DNA of 64,000 nt from Bacillota bacterium (GCA_023460085.1 JAEWRI010000022.1:135487-199486), one strand, 5' to 3'; counted from the first letter of the stretch, positions 1 through 10,027 are shown. Notes: generated by a model from the letters alone, not told the origin. A program made the numbers and translations.

Positions 1-671
1 CGCTTGGTAATTTTATTGGCAAAAGCCTTGCCAATATGAACCGCCGCGTGCTGTTCACCACCACAACAAAAATCTTTATGCCGGCGAATACGCCTGTGTA
101 TCTCGGCGCAGCGGAAGCCATCCGTCCTCTGGGTGCTTTTATGACTGCCTCCAAAGAGGTGCTGAGCAGCGGAAAACTGACAGGTTACTGTCCTGATGAA
201 ATCGACGCTATCGCAAGTACCGGATTGTTCGAAGATATCATCGTCGAAGCGGATGGAGCAGCGCGCAAGCCGGTGAAAGCCCCGAATGAGACGGAGCCCG
301 TTTATCCTGCGGCTGATTTAATCATCGGCGTCATCGGGCTGGATTGCATTGGACTGCCTGTAAACGATCAGAATGTGCATCGCGCCGCGCTTTTTGCGGG
401 CGTCACGCAGGCCTCTTTTGACGAGCCGGTTACCGCGCAGCATATTCTCAGGCTGATCAGCCATTCGGAAGGATTATTCCGGCATGCCCCCGCTTCCATT
501 CCAAGGGTTGTCTTTTTGAATAAGTGCGATACAATAGATGAAAAGATACAGCTTCAGGTGGACGAAATCGTATGCCGCTCCCCTTACCCCGTTATGATAA
601 CGGGATATGCTGTAAACTGGTTTGAGGCTTTTGCTTTACGATTTTTACAAGGAGACAGCCATGCTCATTGA
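1..671 (+). CDS. yqeC: YqeC-like selenium-dependent hydroxylase accessory protein (5' end outside window)
   Basis: The frame of ORF 36..671 stays open to the window edge (LGNFIGKSLANMNRRVLFTTTTKIF). RVLFTTTTK and IVEADGAARKPVKAP motifs fit the YqeC family. An XdhC-family gene follows immediately. Confidence 0.6.
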   Translation, partial: LGNFIGKSLANMNRRVLFTTTTKIFMPANTPVYLGAAEAIRPLGAFMTASKEVLSSGKLTGYCPDEIDAIASTGLFEDIIVEADGAARKPVKAPNETEPVYPAADLIIGVIGLDCIGLPVNDQNVHRAALFAGVTQASFDEPVTAQHILRLISHSEGLFRHAPASIPRVVFLNKCDTIDEKIQLQVDEIVCRSPYPVMITGYAVNWFEAFALRFLQGDSHAH

Positions 672-1449
672 ACGCATTCCGGAATTGATAGCCCAGAATA
701 GATCGGTGGCGCTGGTTACGGTTACCTCTGCCAGCGGTTCCACGCCCGCGGAGGTGGGAAAAGAAATGCTGGTGGATGCCTCCGGCAACATCGGCGGCAC
801 GGTCGGCGGCGGCAATTTGGAGTTTATATCGATCAAAAAAGCACAGGAATGCATTGAGCGAAACCAAAGTGTCACTGTCCACTTTGATTTGAAGAAAGAC
901 CTTGGAATGGAATGCGGCGGTGAAGCGGACATATTCATCAAGGTTTACAGCCCCGCGATACAACTTGTATTGGTGGGCGCCGGCCATATCGGACAAGCCC
1001 TGTATAAGATTGCGGAAACGCTGGGATATGACGTTGCAGTCATTGACGATCGGGAAGAGGTGGCAACTCGCGAGCATTATCCGAACGCACGGAGCATCCG
1101 GATAGGAGACATTGGCAAGGAGTGCGAAAAGCTTTCAATATCACCCGCCACCACCTACGTCGTTATCGCAACCCGCGGGCACAAATGTGACGAGGTCGCC
1201 CTCTATCACATGGTCCAGAAAGATCCCAGGTATATTGGCGTGATCGGAAGCCGCAACAAGGTAGCCGTAATGATGTCCAGCCTCAGAGAGAAGGGCATTC
1301 CGCAGGAGAAGCTGGACACCGTTTATACCCCGATCGGGATTGCGCTGGGCGGAGGTCAGCCCGCAGAGATTGCGGTTTCCATTATCAGCGAAATACTCCT
1401 TGTTAAGAACGGCGGACGCCTTGCGCACATGAAAACACCGCCGATTTAA
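661..1449 (+). CDS. XdhC/CoxI-family molybdenum-hydroxylase maturation/accessory protein
   Basis: ATG 661 follows a GGAGA SD (caaggagacagccATG). N-terminal XdhC-like segment (VALVTVTSASGSTPAEVGKEML) plus a Rossmann GxGxxG (LVLVGAGHIGQAL). Confidence 0.75.
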   Translation: MLIERIPELIAQNRSVALVTVTSASGSTPAEVGKEMLVDASGNIGGTVGGGNLEFISIKKAQECIERNQSVTVHFDLKKDLGMECGGEADIFIKVYSPAIQLVLVGAGHIGQALYKIAETLGYDVAVIDDREEVATREHYPNARSIRIGDIGKECEKLSISPATTYVVIATRGHKCDEVALYHMVQKDPRYIGVIGSRNKVAVMMSSLREKGIPQEKLDTVYTPIGIALGGGQPAEIAVSIISEILLVKNGGRLAHMKTPPI

Positions 1450-1520
1450 ATAACTGCCTTTATCACAGCGCAAACCGGTTTCGGATCAGCGTTTATCGCA
1501 CTCCTTTCTTTCCTGCAGGC

Positions 1521-1560
1521 AAAAAGACAAGCGCCGCAGCAGCGGCGCCCAAAGTTTTTC
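1521..1560. terminator. Bidirectional intrinsic terminator between convergent genes
   Basis: Perfect 7-bp GC stem gcgccgc(1531-1537)/gcggcgc(1542-1548) with an A-run upstream and a T-run downstream. It sits between the stop at 1449 (+) and the stop at 1605 (-). Confidence 0.5.
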
Positions 1561-1604
1561 CATTCGCGTTTTTGACATCCTCCGCATGAATAAGCACCGG
1601 TACC

Positions 1605-3140
1605 CTAATCCGATATTTCGGTTGTGCCGCTATGTATTGCAGAAGGTGCATTGCCCTCCACGTTCCAGAGTTTATCAGCTTTTTCCCCGGTCAGAAGTTC
1701 AAAATCTTTACACTCCTCTTCAGAGAAGTCCTTTATACACTGTCCTTCTTTCAGGCGATGCACCCCGTTCACCACACAACTGAACCGTCTGCCGTCCAGC
1801 TTGTATCGAAGCGCAAACAGAAATGCCACACCCAGGAATACCACCGGTATGATTACAAACATCCATTTTATCGTACCTCCCACGCTGGATGTCGCCCATT
1901 CCTGCGGGTTGAATGTTGAAATATTGCTGCGCGCCAGATTGTACGCGTTTTGGTCAAAGCCCGCAAACTTGAGCCCAAAGCCGAGCATCAGTACCGCGAT
2001 TCCACTGGAAAACTTCCGTGCAAATGTGGTAAAACCGCTGTAAATTCCCTCCCTGCGTTTCCCTGTTATCAACTCGTCTACATCGCAGGTATCTGACAGC
2101 ATGGACCATGTAGCAAGGTTGCCTGCTGCCGCTCCCATTGCCACCATTACCGCCAGCACGCAGATTACCCATACAGGCGTCACGCTGGTTACAAATATGA
2201 ACCCGACGGAAGCAGCCACCCACACCGGTATTCCGATATACAGCGGATAGACCTTCCCTTTTTTCTGCGCAATCGCGTTATGGAGGAACATAAACGCCAG
2301 CTGAAATACCAGCAGCACGCCCATTATCAATTCATAACTGGCAAATCGCAGCACCACGATATCAATGTAGAACACGAATAATGCCAGCAGCAGGTCTATG
2401 GCAACCTGAACGAAAATGAATACTCCGAGGTAGATGCGATATGTTCTATTGCGAAACACGGTAAACCATTGCCTGATGGAGAATGGCTCCGGTGCCGGAA
2501 GATCCTTCTTCTCCTTCGTTCCAAGGAAAGTAAACAGCCAGCAGAGCGCAAACAGCAACCCGAACACCACCGCCATCATCAGGTATCCTTGTTTTTGCGC
2601 CGGTCCGTTGGTTTCACCGCCAAACCCTTTGATAAGCATCATCGGCACCACCGCTGCCAGTATCGCGGTGCCGGCAGAAAACGCCATACGTGCGGTGGTA
2701 AAGCTCGTGCGCTCGTTATACTCGCTGGTGATGTCCGGCAATATCGCGTTATATGGCACCATCACGATGGTAAAGGCGGTGCCGAAAAACATATACGCGA
2801 ACATATAATAGAAGAACTTGCCCATCTCGCTTTGGATACCGAATGAGTACCACATCATGATAAACGAAGCAAGCACAGGCACGATGCCAATAAGAAAGTA
2901 GATGCGCCGCCTGCCGTAACGGGATCGCGTTTTATCAGACAGATTTCCTACAATTGGGTCTGTAATGGCGTCCCACAGCTTACCCACAAAAATGATGGTG
3001 GTGGCCAGCACAACAGACATGCCTTCCACGATGACGAGGAAGTTCATAAAGAGCATGCTGAATATCAGGAAAGCACCCCCGCCGTAGATGTCGCCGCAAG
3101 CGTATCCCAGCTTTTTTTTCAAACCGTACACCCCTTTCAC
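1605..3140 (-). CDS. GPH-family (MelB/YicJ-like) glycoside-pentoside-hexuronide:cation symporter
   Basis: A multi-TM protein. DAITDPIVGNLSDKTRSRYGRRR is the GPH signature loop. The ORF-track start at 3140 is GTG. TTG at 3122 (LKKKLGYACGD) has a better GGGGTG SD and may be the true start. Confidence 0.8.
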   Translation of the reverse strand: MKGVYGLKKKLGYACGDIYGGGAFLIFSMLFMNFLVIVEGMSVVLATTIIFVGKLWDAITDPIVGNLSDKTRSRYGRRRIYFLIGIVPVLASFIMMWYSFGIQSEMGKFFYYMFAYMFFGTAFTIVMVPYNAILPDITSEYNERTSFTTARMAFSAGTAILAAVVPMMLIKGFGGETNGPAQKQGYLMMAVVFGLLFALCWLFTFLGTKEKKDLPAPEPFSIRQWFTVFRNRTYRIYLGVFIFVQVAIDLLLALFVFYIDIVVLRFASYELIMGVLLVFQLAFMFLHNAIAQKKGKVYPLYIGIPVWVAASVGFIFVTSVTPVWVICVLAVMVAMGAAAGNLATWSMLSDTCDVDELITGKRREGIYSGFTTFARKFSSGIAVLMLGFGLKFAGFDQNAYNLARSNISTFNPQEWATSSVGGTIKWMFVIIPVVFLGVAFLFALRYKLDGRRFSCVVNGVHRLKEGQCIKDFSEEECKDFELLTGEKADKLWNVEGNAPSAIHSGTTEISD

Positions 3141-3147
3141 CTGTTAT

Positions 3148-3918
3148 TTATTGCTCCGGCAGCTGCTCTCTGAAATATCCCAGCTGCTCGGACAGCTTTC
3201 GGGCGGTTTTCGCCACTTCCTTCACGAGCGACGCTACCTTCACGTCTCCCTTGACGCGGCTTTTGGGGCATGATATGCCAACGCTGTACGGCACATTCCC
3301 CGCATTATTGAACACAGGGGCTGCGATGCACATGATATCCTCGCTGACCTCACCGTCGTCAATGGCGAATCCCTGTGAGGCTACCTCTTGCAGCTCGCTG
3401 CGCAGCGCGGCAGCGTCGGTGATGGTTTTCTTTGTAAAAGCTTTAAAGTCCAGCCTTGAAAGTATGCTCTCACGCTTATCTTCCTCGCAGAAAGCCAGCA
3501 GGCATTTGCCTACGGAGGAGCAATGTACAGGCTCTGCGTTGCCTATCTTCGCATGGACCGCGAGGCGCGAATCAGTCATCGCCTGTTCGATGACGACGGC
3601 GCTGTCATTGCTGAGCATGCAAAGGTGTGCCGACTCTCCCGTCGCTTCTACGAGCTTCGCCATAAACGGCTTCGCAACGGACATGACATTCAGGTTCCTG
3701 ACGAGCCTGTCGGACAGGCGCAGTATCCCCGGCCCCAGCTTATACTTCGCCGTCTCTTTGTCCTGCTCCACCATGTTGGTTTCAATCAGGGTTTCGAGTA
3801 TGCGGTATGCCGTACTTTTGTTGACTCCCAGTTCCTCCGCGACCTCGGTGACGCCTGCGGTTCTTCGCTTTGACAGAAACACCAACGCCGCAATACCACG
3901 CTCCAGCGACTGTATCAT
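3148..3918 (-). CDS. IclR-family transcriptional regulator
   Basis: N-terminal wHTH (VTEVAEELGVNKSTAYRILETL) and a C-terminal IclR effector domain. 4-nt overlap with the upstream gene. Confidence 0.85.
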   Translation of the reverse strand: MIQSLERGIAALVFLSKRRTAGVTEVAEELGVNKSTAYRILETLIETNMVEQDKETAKYKLGPGILRLSDRLVRNLNVMSVAKPFMAKLVEATGESAHLCMLSNDSAVVIEQAMTDSRLAVHAKIGNAEPVHCSSVGKCLLAFCEEDKRESILSRLDFKAFTKKTITDAAALRSELQEVASQGFAIDDGEVSEDIMCIAAPVFNNAGNVPYSVGISCPKSRVKGDVKVASLVKEVAKTARKLSEQLGYFREQLPEQ

Positions 3919-4535
3919 TTCCCGGCCTCCATATAGTCCTCAAAGTACAGAAAGCCATGCTGCGACATTGCCTCCCGGAAGGGTGCGTGCGAGAGCACCG
4001 TATTCACGATATCCCGATCAAGCGAACGCACGATATCCCCAAACGGTCTGTGTGTAATCTGGGATATGCGGCGAAGCCGTTCGCGGCTCTGCGCCTGGCT
4101 CTCGCTTCGGTGCGGCGGATACCCGCCGCCCGGCGGACTGAGAAACAGCTTCTCGAATATATACGTCAAGTTGAGATCTCCCGCCCAGCCGTAGCCCTTG
4201 TTGAGCGCCAGCGAGATGCAGTTTCCCGCATTGATTTGAGAGAAAAGAAAAGCGTCCAGCGGGCTCAGCACCAGCCCGCAGAATACCCCCGGATATTGCA
4301 TCACCGAGCATAGGAAACCCTGTCCGGTGCCGCAGCCGCCTATCGCCATGTCCGCCGCGCCCGTATTCAGCATCGCAGCCGCTATCAGCCCGGTATGAAT
4401 ATAGGTCAGCTCAACTCCGCCTTCCGCGGCTGTCATTCCTACGTTCAGTACTGTCTGTTCACACGCCTGCAGCGCACTTACTATATCCTTGTTTTTATCG
4501 CGCGCCGATACCTCATTAACCACCGCGATACGCAT
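3915..4535 (-). CDS. RpiB/LacA/LacB-family sugar-phosphate isomerase-like protein (long form)
   Basis: GGCGTGQGFLCSVMQYPGVFCGLV aligns with the RpiB ICGTGVGISIAANKFAGIRAV core. The start overlaps the transketolase stop (TAATG). Confidence 0.6.
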   Translation of the reverse strand: MRIAVVNEVSARDKNKDIVSALQACEQTVLNVGMTAAEGGVELTYIHTGLIAAAMLNTGAADMAIGGCGTGQGFLCSVMQYPGVFCGLVLSPLDAFLFSQINAGNCISLALNKGYGWAGDLNLTYIFEKLFLSPPGGGYPPHRSESQAQSRERLRRISQITHRPFGDIVRSLDRDIVNTVLSHAPFREAMSQHGFLYFEDYMEAGK

Positions 4536-5497
4536 TATCCTCTCCTCCTTGAGACAGCCCTTTTTACCGCTGCACAGATGTCTGCTGCGGTAAGGCCGAA
4601 TTTCTTCATCAGGTATTCCTGCGAACCCACCTCGCCGAACCTGTCTCTGACTCCAATGCGTTCCAGCGGCGCGGGACAGTATTCCCCCAGCACCTCCGCC
4701 ACCGCGCTGCCCAACCCGCCGATGATGTTATGATTCTCCGCAGTGACAACTGCGCCGCACCGCTGCGCAGCTTCCGCCACAGCCTCACGATCGATGGGTT
4801 TCACGGTATACATATCGAATACGTCGATATCAATGCCTTCCGAAGACAGCGTTTCCGCCGCGCACAGCGCTTCGTATACCATGATACCGCACGCAAATAC
4901 CGCAGCGTCATTTCCTTCCCGAAGCCGCCTGGCTTTCCCAATCTCTAGCGATTCGTCTGCTGCGTAAATTTTTCTCATCTGTTTACGCCCAAATCGCATA
5001 TAGCAGTTCCCATATTTCTTTGCCATACTGTCTACCAGCGAACGCAGTGAAACGCCGTCCGCCGGTTCCAGCACCGTCATGCCGGGAATGTTGCGCATGA
5101 TACCCATATCCTCCAGCGGCATATGCGTGCCGCCGTTAATCGCCGCGGTTACACCCGCGTCCGCCCCTACCAGCTTCACGTTGAGATCCTGATACGCGCA
5201 TGACAGAAAGACCTGATCATAGGCACGCCGGGAAGCAAATACGCCAAACGCCTGCAGAAACGGCACGAAGCCCGTCGCGGAAAGACCTGCCGCCATGCCC
5301 ACAGCGTGCGCCTCCATAATTCCGCAATCGACGGCGCGTCCGGGAAACCGCTTGTAAAACGGCACAGTACCCATTGATACGCTGGTATCCACATCGAGTA
5401 CCATCACGCGCGCGTCTGCTTCCGCCGCCGCTATCAGCGCGTTGCAGTAATGCGCCCGCATTTCGACATCATCCAAAGCGTATGCCGACTCCCTCAT
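4535..5497 (-). CDS. Transketolase, C-terminal (pyrimidine-binding) subunit
   Basis: 320 aa with a typical split-transketolase C-terminal section (GIMEAHAVGMAAGLSATGFVPF). ATGA overlap with the N-terminal subunit gene. Confidence 0.9.
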   Translation of the reverse strand: MRESAYALDDVEMRAHYCNALIAAAEADARVMVLDVDTSVSMGTVPFYKRFPGRAVDCGIMEAHAVGMAAGLSATGFVPFLQAFGVFASRRAYDQVFLSCAYQDLNVKLVGADAGVTAAINGGTHMPLEDMGIMRNIPGMTVLEPADGVSLRSLVDSMAKKYGNCYMRFGRKQMRKIYAADESLEIGKARRLREGNDAAVFACGIMVYEALCAAETLSSEGIDIDVFDMYTVKPIDREAVAEAAQRCGAVVTAENHNIIGGLGSAVAEVLGEYCPAPLERIGVRDRFGEVGSQEYLMKKFGLTAADICAAVKRAVSRRRG

Positions 5498-6324
5498 CGT
5501 CTATCCTCCGCCAGCCGCCTGTCCACTTCGGCGCAGGCTTCATCTGCCATGTCCTCCGTGATGACCATGTAGTGGTTGAACGCGGCTTTCTCCGAAAAAC
5601 TGCATCCCTGCCCTTTTTCTGTATCCAATATGACGGCCGCGGGCTTCCCGCTCCCTTTTGCTTTAACCAGTGCGTCATATATCGCACCGCAGTCCTTGCC
5701 ATCGGCGCATATGGCCTCCCAGCCAAACGCGGCAAAACGCCCCGCTATTTCGGACCCGCCGCAAATGTCCCGCACATAACCGTCCAGCTGACGCTTATTG
5801 GCATCCACAATCAATACGACGTTGTCCATGCGTCGGTGGGCAGCAAACTGCACCCCCTCCCAAACCTGTCCTTCCTGAATTTCGCCGTCTCCGGTGATAA
5901 TAAATACTGTGCTGGCAATGCCCTTCATGCGGTTGCCCAGCGCCGCGCCGATTCCCAGTGAAACGCCCTGCCCCAGCGATCCGGTGCTGAGATCGATGCC
6001 GGGCGTCTTCAGCCTGTCGCAGTGGCTGGGCAGAGATGTACCGCCCTCGTTCAGCGTGTTCAGCAGCGCCTTATCAAAATAGCCTTTGTACGCAAGCGCT
6101 GCGTACAGCGCCGGGCCGCAGTGTCCCTTGCTTAATACCACCCAGTCGCGTTCTTCCCAATCAGGCCTTGACGGATCCACGCGCAGCACGCCCTCGTACA
6201 GAACACCAAGCAGTTCGCAGATGGACATGCTGCCGCCGATGTGCCCGTAGCCCGCTGTTGCCATCGCGCGGATCGTGAGCTTACGAATCTCCGCCGCGGC
6301 GTTTTTCATGCGATCGATATTCAT
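5494..6324 (-). CDS. Transketolase, N-terminal (TPP-binding) subunit
   Basis: GHIGGSMSICELL, LSKGHCGPALYA and GDGEIQEGQVWE motifs. ATG 6324 lies 1 nt after the upstream stop (6326). The ORF-track start at 6393 would overlap the upstream gene by 68 nt. Confidence 0.85.
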   Translation of the reverse strand: MNIDRMKNAAAEIRKLTIRAMATAGYGHIGGSMSICELLGVLYEGVLRVDPSRPDWEERDWVVLSKGHCGPALYAALAYKGYFDKALLNTLNEGGTSLPSHCDRLKTPGIDLSTGSLGQGVSLGIGAALGNRMKGIASTVFIITGDGEIQEGQVWEGVQFAAHRRMDNVVLIVDANKRQLDGYVRDICGGSEIAGRFAAFGWEAICADGKDCGAIYDALVKAKGSGKPAAVILDTEKGQGCSFSEKAAFNHYMVITEDMADEACAEVDRRLAEDRR

Positions 6325-6325
6325 C

Positions 6326-7528
6326 TCAGCTTCGCTTTCCGAATATGCCGAGTATGCTGCGCCGCTTTCGCGGTGCTTTGTCTTCGTAGTCATCGAGATA
6401 GATTTCCTTTTTCAGCTGTGACGAGTCGATGGCTGCCAGCGAGAACTTGAGTACCTCGCGTCCGCGATTCCCATCCAACATCGGCTCCCGATCATTCTTG
6501 ATCGCTTCGATGAAGTCCAGCGTAGAATTTTTGAATGAATCGCCCCAGTCACACGCCATGTCGCAGTACTCGTGCAGCCTGCCGTCGCGATACATGACCA
6601 CCGGCGCTACCATCGGCAGCATGGACGCCGTGCATCGCGTCACCCAGAGGACGCCTCGTGTTCCGGTCAGCTCCATACGTTCATCACATGTGTAATATTT
6701 GCTCTGCACGTACATCTCGGGCGAGTCCACGATATCCATCACGCCATACCGTTTCCCGCCTTTGTGCTTCCACATCACCATTGCCGGGCAGTCCTGATAG
6801 ACGCCGGGAAGCACCGGCGAGCTGTCTATCCACGCCGAAACTTTCTCCACGTCCCCCATCATGTGCATGATGATGGAAAACTTATGGTACCCGTCATCGA
6901 AAACGAGCGGGCCGCCTCCCGCCAAAGTATCGTTCAATCTCCAAAGCCACGACGCGGGGTCCACCTCCCAACCGGTCTGCGTTAAGGCCTCTCCGGTCTG
7001 TTTTACCGCCTGCTTCGTACGCGCCTCCGCGCCCGGGCGATTCGCAGAGCATAACCCTCCGTTGTTCATCTTGTACCGGATGGATACGGGCTCGCCTATC
7101 TCCCCGGAATCCAACATCTTTTTGGCAAGCTGGTAGGGCGGATAGAACACGAAGTTCTCAAAGACCTTAAGTTTCACACCGTTGATGCGCGCCGCTTCTA
7201 TCATCGCGTCGCACTCGGCGATATTCAGTGCCATGGGCTTTTGCACGGAAACGTGTTTTTTTGCATTGCATGCCGCAATAGTCATCTCGCAGTGCAGATG
7301 ATGCGGCACCAGCAGCTCCACGGCATCCACCTCCGAATCCGCAAGCACCTCCTCGTAGCGGGAATAGACCTTTGCGATACCGTGCTCTCGCGCAAATTCT
7401 TCCGCCCGTTTCACATTTTTATCGCAGATGCCATAAAGCCCGGCGTCCGGATGATCCTTGTAGCCCGGCACGTGCAGCGTCGCGATACGGCCACAGCCAA
7501 CAATAACGAATTTCAGCTTCCCCGCCAT
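6326..7528 (-). CDS. Gfo/Idh/MocA-family NAD(P)-dependent oxidoreductase
   Basis: N-terminal Rossmann segment KFVIVGCGRIATLHVPGY and the family EKP-like motif region (VSVQKPMA). 400 aa. Confidence 0.85.
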   Translation of the reverse strand: MAGKLKFVIVGCGRIATLHVPGYKDHPDAGLYGICDKNVKRAEEFAREHGIAKVYSRYEEVLADSEVDAVELLVPHHLHCEMTIAACNAKKHVSVQKPMALNIAECDAMIEAARINGVKLKVFENFVFYPPYQLAKKMLDSGEIGEPVSIRYKMNNGGLCSANRPGAEARTKQAVKQTGEALTQTGWEVDPASWLWRLNDTLAGGGPLVFDDGYHKFSIIMHMMGDVEKVSAWIDSSPVLPGVYQDCPAMVMWKHKGGKRYGVMDIVDSPEMYVQSKYYTCDERMELTGTRGVLWVTRCTASMLPMVAPVVMYRDGRLHEYCDMACDWGDSFKNSTLDFIEAIKNDREPMLDGNRGREVLKFSLAAIDSSQLKKEIYLDDYEDKAPRKRRSILGIFGKRS

Positions 7529-7540
7529 GGCTGAACCTCC

Positions 7541-9328
7541 TTATATCGTCTCTTCGGCGCGCGCCGACTCGTAAGCGGCACGCCGCTTTGTGTCATACTC
7601 TGGTATCGGCACATCCCACCAGCCAAACGCACTGCCGCCGCTATAAGGGTAATCACGGCAAACATCCGCATGGATAAGATATGGCTTTCCGGATGACAGC
7701 GCCCGCTGCAGCGCAGCTGCGCACTCCTCTCGCTTCGATATGCGTTCCGCCGCGATACCGAACGCCTGCGCTGCTTTCACAAAATCGGGGGAGTACGGCG
7801 CTTCACCGCGTACAAAATCGTTGCCGAACACACCTTCCTTACCCAGCACATCCATCTGAAGATCCTTGATGGCCATCCATCCCGAATTGTCCGCCAGCAC
7901 CACCACAACCGGAATATTGTATTGTGCCATAGTGGAAAGCTCCTGTATCACCATCAGGAAATCCCCGTCTCCCAGCAGCGCCACCACCGGCCGATCCGGG
8001 CAGGCCAGCTTTGCACCCAGCGCCGCCGGAAATGCCCAGCCCATTGTAGAGAAGCCGCCTGTTGTAAGGTTACAGCCGCGCTGTGCATAACAGTATTCCT
8101 GAAAGAGCTGCGCCTGCGTATTGCCTGACGAGGTGACGATTATCGTATCCTCCGGCAGATGCGTGTTGAGCTCGCCTATCAACTGCGATATGGTGACCTT
8201 TTCGGTTGCTGCAGCGCGAACATCCGCCAGCCTTTCCGCCCAATCAGCACGGCGCTGTGCAATTTCCGCAAGGTATTCCCGGCGCTCCGATGCTTTTCCG
8301 TATGCCTCGTGCAGTCTCTCCAGCGTGTCGGTCAAATCCGCGGCAATACCTACATCCGCGGCATAATTCTTTCCGATTTCTGCAGCGTCAATATCGATAT
8401 GGATCAGTTTTGTATCCGGGAAATTGAAGCTGACACCTTTGCGGTAAGAACAGGTGGTTTCATCCGCAAAGCGCGTGCCCACTGCGAGGATGACATCTGC
8501 ACAGCGGCACAGCTCAAGGCCTATCGGCGTTCCCTTGGATCCGGTATGAAAACCGTATTGCGGGTGGGTCTCCCTCACCGTACCTTTTGCAGCCAGCGTG
8601 GTGATCACCGCCGCGCCCCACCGTTCGGCAAGCTTCTCAATTTGTTCGCCTGCCCGGGATCGCAGTGCGCCGCCCCCCGCAAGAATGACCGGACGCTTTG
8701 CCTGTTTCATCAAAGCGACTGCCTGCTCTATGGCATGCGAATCGGCACATGGGCGCGCTTCTGCCTGAGCCCCCTGCTGATACGGCTTTTCTTCGATTGC
8801 CGCACATTGCACATCCATCGGCAGCATTACAGCGCAGGGCCCGCTTCTTCCATTCTGCATCTGCCCGAACGCACGACGCAGTATGCGCGGCAGCTGCTCT
8901 GCCGATTCGGCGCGCCACGTCCGCTTCGCAAGCGGCTCCAGTGCCTGGATGATGTTGCCATCCTGATAGCGCTCCACCTCCTGCAGCACGCCCACGCCTT
9001 TCATATGCACGTGTGTATCGCCGCAGAGCAGCAGAAAAGCCGATGAGTCCACGTAGGCCGTCGCCAGACCGATGCATGTGTTGAGCGTTCCCGGTCCAAT
9101 AGACGAAAAACACGCCAGCGGTTCGCCGCGCATTCGAAAATACCCGTCCGCGATGGCGGCAGCCGCCTGTTCGTGTTTCACCTGAATATATCCTATATTA
9201 CCCTTTTGCTTTCGTATGGCATCAAACAGCCCCATCACACCATGTCCCGGTATGCCAAGGATGTAAGGTACACGCTGGGAAATCAAATAATCGACGACGA
9301 TCTCTCCGCCGGTGCGCTTCATATACAC
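7541..9328 (-). CDS. Thiamine-pyrophosphate enzyme of the acetolactate-synthase/IolD-like family
   Basis: 595 aa. N-terminal TPP_enzyme_N (GIPGHGVMGLFDA, SSIGPGTLN) and C-terminal GDGDF..ADNSGW TPP-binding motif. Confidence 0.8.
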   Translation of the reverse strand: MYMKRTGGEIVVDYLISQRVPYILGIPGHGVMGLFDAIRKQKGNIGYIQVKHEQAAAAIADGYFRMRGEPLACFSSIGPGTLNTCIGLATAYVDSSAFLLLCGDTHVHMKGVGVLQEVERYQDGNIIQALEPLAKRTWRAESAEQLPRILRRAFGQMQNGRSGPCAVMLPMDVQCAAIEEKPYQQGAQAEARPCADSHAIEQAVALMKQAKRPVILAGGGALRSRAGEQIEKLAERWGAAVITTLAAKGTVRETHPQYGFHTGSKGTPIGLELCRCADVILAVGTRFADETTCSYRKGVSFNFPDTKLIHIDIDAAEIGKNYAADVGIAADLTDTLERLHEAYGKASERREYLAEIAQRRADWAERLADVRAAATEKVTISQLIGELNTHLPEDTIIVTSSGNTQAQLFQEYCYAQRGCNLTTGGFSTMGWAFPAALGAKLACPDRPVVALLGDGDFLMVIQELSTMAQYNIPVVVVLADNSGWMAIKDLQMDVLGKEGVFGNDFVRGEAPYSPDFVKAAQAFGIAAERISKREECAAALQRALSSGKPYLIHADVCRDYPYSGGSAFGWWDVPIPEYDTKRRAAYESARAEETI

Positions 9329-9458
9329 ACCTCCGTATTTGTTTTTTTAAACTGATTGAATCCCATCGATGATGATAAAATCATCATGATGCTTTTCCAT
9401 CTGAAAGTCAATCGATATCAGAAACTTGGTTTCCTCCTCCGCAACCCCTTTTAATGCA

Positions 9459-9486
9459 CAAAAAAAGCGCCGCACAAGCGACGCTT
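9459..9486 (-). terminator. Intrinsic terminator ending the ten-gene dynamin/HerA operon
   Basis: Minus strand reads aagcgtcgc-ttgt-gcggcgctt followed by TTTTTTTG, starting 12 nt after the stop at 9498. Confidence 0.6.
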
Positions 9487-9497
9487 CCGATTCGATT

Positions 9498-10010
9498 TTA
9501 CGCAGTCTGAGCCTTCATCCACCGGAAGAAATCCGGCGAAAGCGCCTCATAATAGGGCATGAGCCCTGCCGGCACCGTTTGCGCCATCAGCAGGCTGAAC
9601 TCACGGAGTTGCTTCATCTGCGCTTCGTCCAGCGTTTCCGCGAAAGCAAAGGCGCGAACCGCTTCGCAGGCTTCCTCCATGCGCTTTAAAAGCTCGCCCT
9701 GCTCCCTCGCAGATTTCGCGGAGGGCACGCTGTAATCCACCATCTGTTCGAGCGGATACTGCTTCGTGTCCATAAAGTCCCGAACGGCGCAATATTGAAA
9801 CGAAAATACCCTGCCGTGCTCGGAGGAAATGCTGGCCCACGCGTAAGGACGCACTCTCTTCGTGTTGAACGTATTGGGATAAAAGAATACGCGCTCCGTA
9901 CGCAATCCATTCTCCATGCACGGCACCGGCTGCGATACGGAATATCCGCCGCCTTCCAATGCGCGCACGCCCTTTGTCACTGCCGATTTGATATCCTGTA
10001 AACTTTTCAT
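9498..10010 (-). CDS. Hypothetical 171-aa protein, paralog of 15059..15499 (candidate partner/immunity-like protein of the upstream papain-like protein)
   Basis: ATG 10010 follows a GGGAGAA SD, 18 nt after the upstream stop. By-eye homology to the 147-aa ORF: VRPYAWASISSEHGRVFSF vs YRPCGMVGVPFGGTRILAY, and TVPAGLMPYYEALSPD vs MLPPGTRQFYQSIIPE. Confidence 0.6.
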   Translation of the reverse strand: MKSLQDIKSAVTKGVRALEGGGYSVSQPVPCMENGLRTERVFFYPNTFNTKRVRPYAWASISSEHGRVFSFQYCAVRDFMDTKQYPLEQMVDYSVPSAKSAREQGELLKRMEEACEAVRAFAFAETLDEAQMKQLREFSLLMAQTVPAGLMPYYEALSPDFFRWMKAQTA

Positions 10011-10027
10011 CTCATTCTCCCTTCCCG

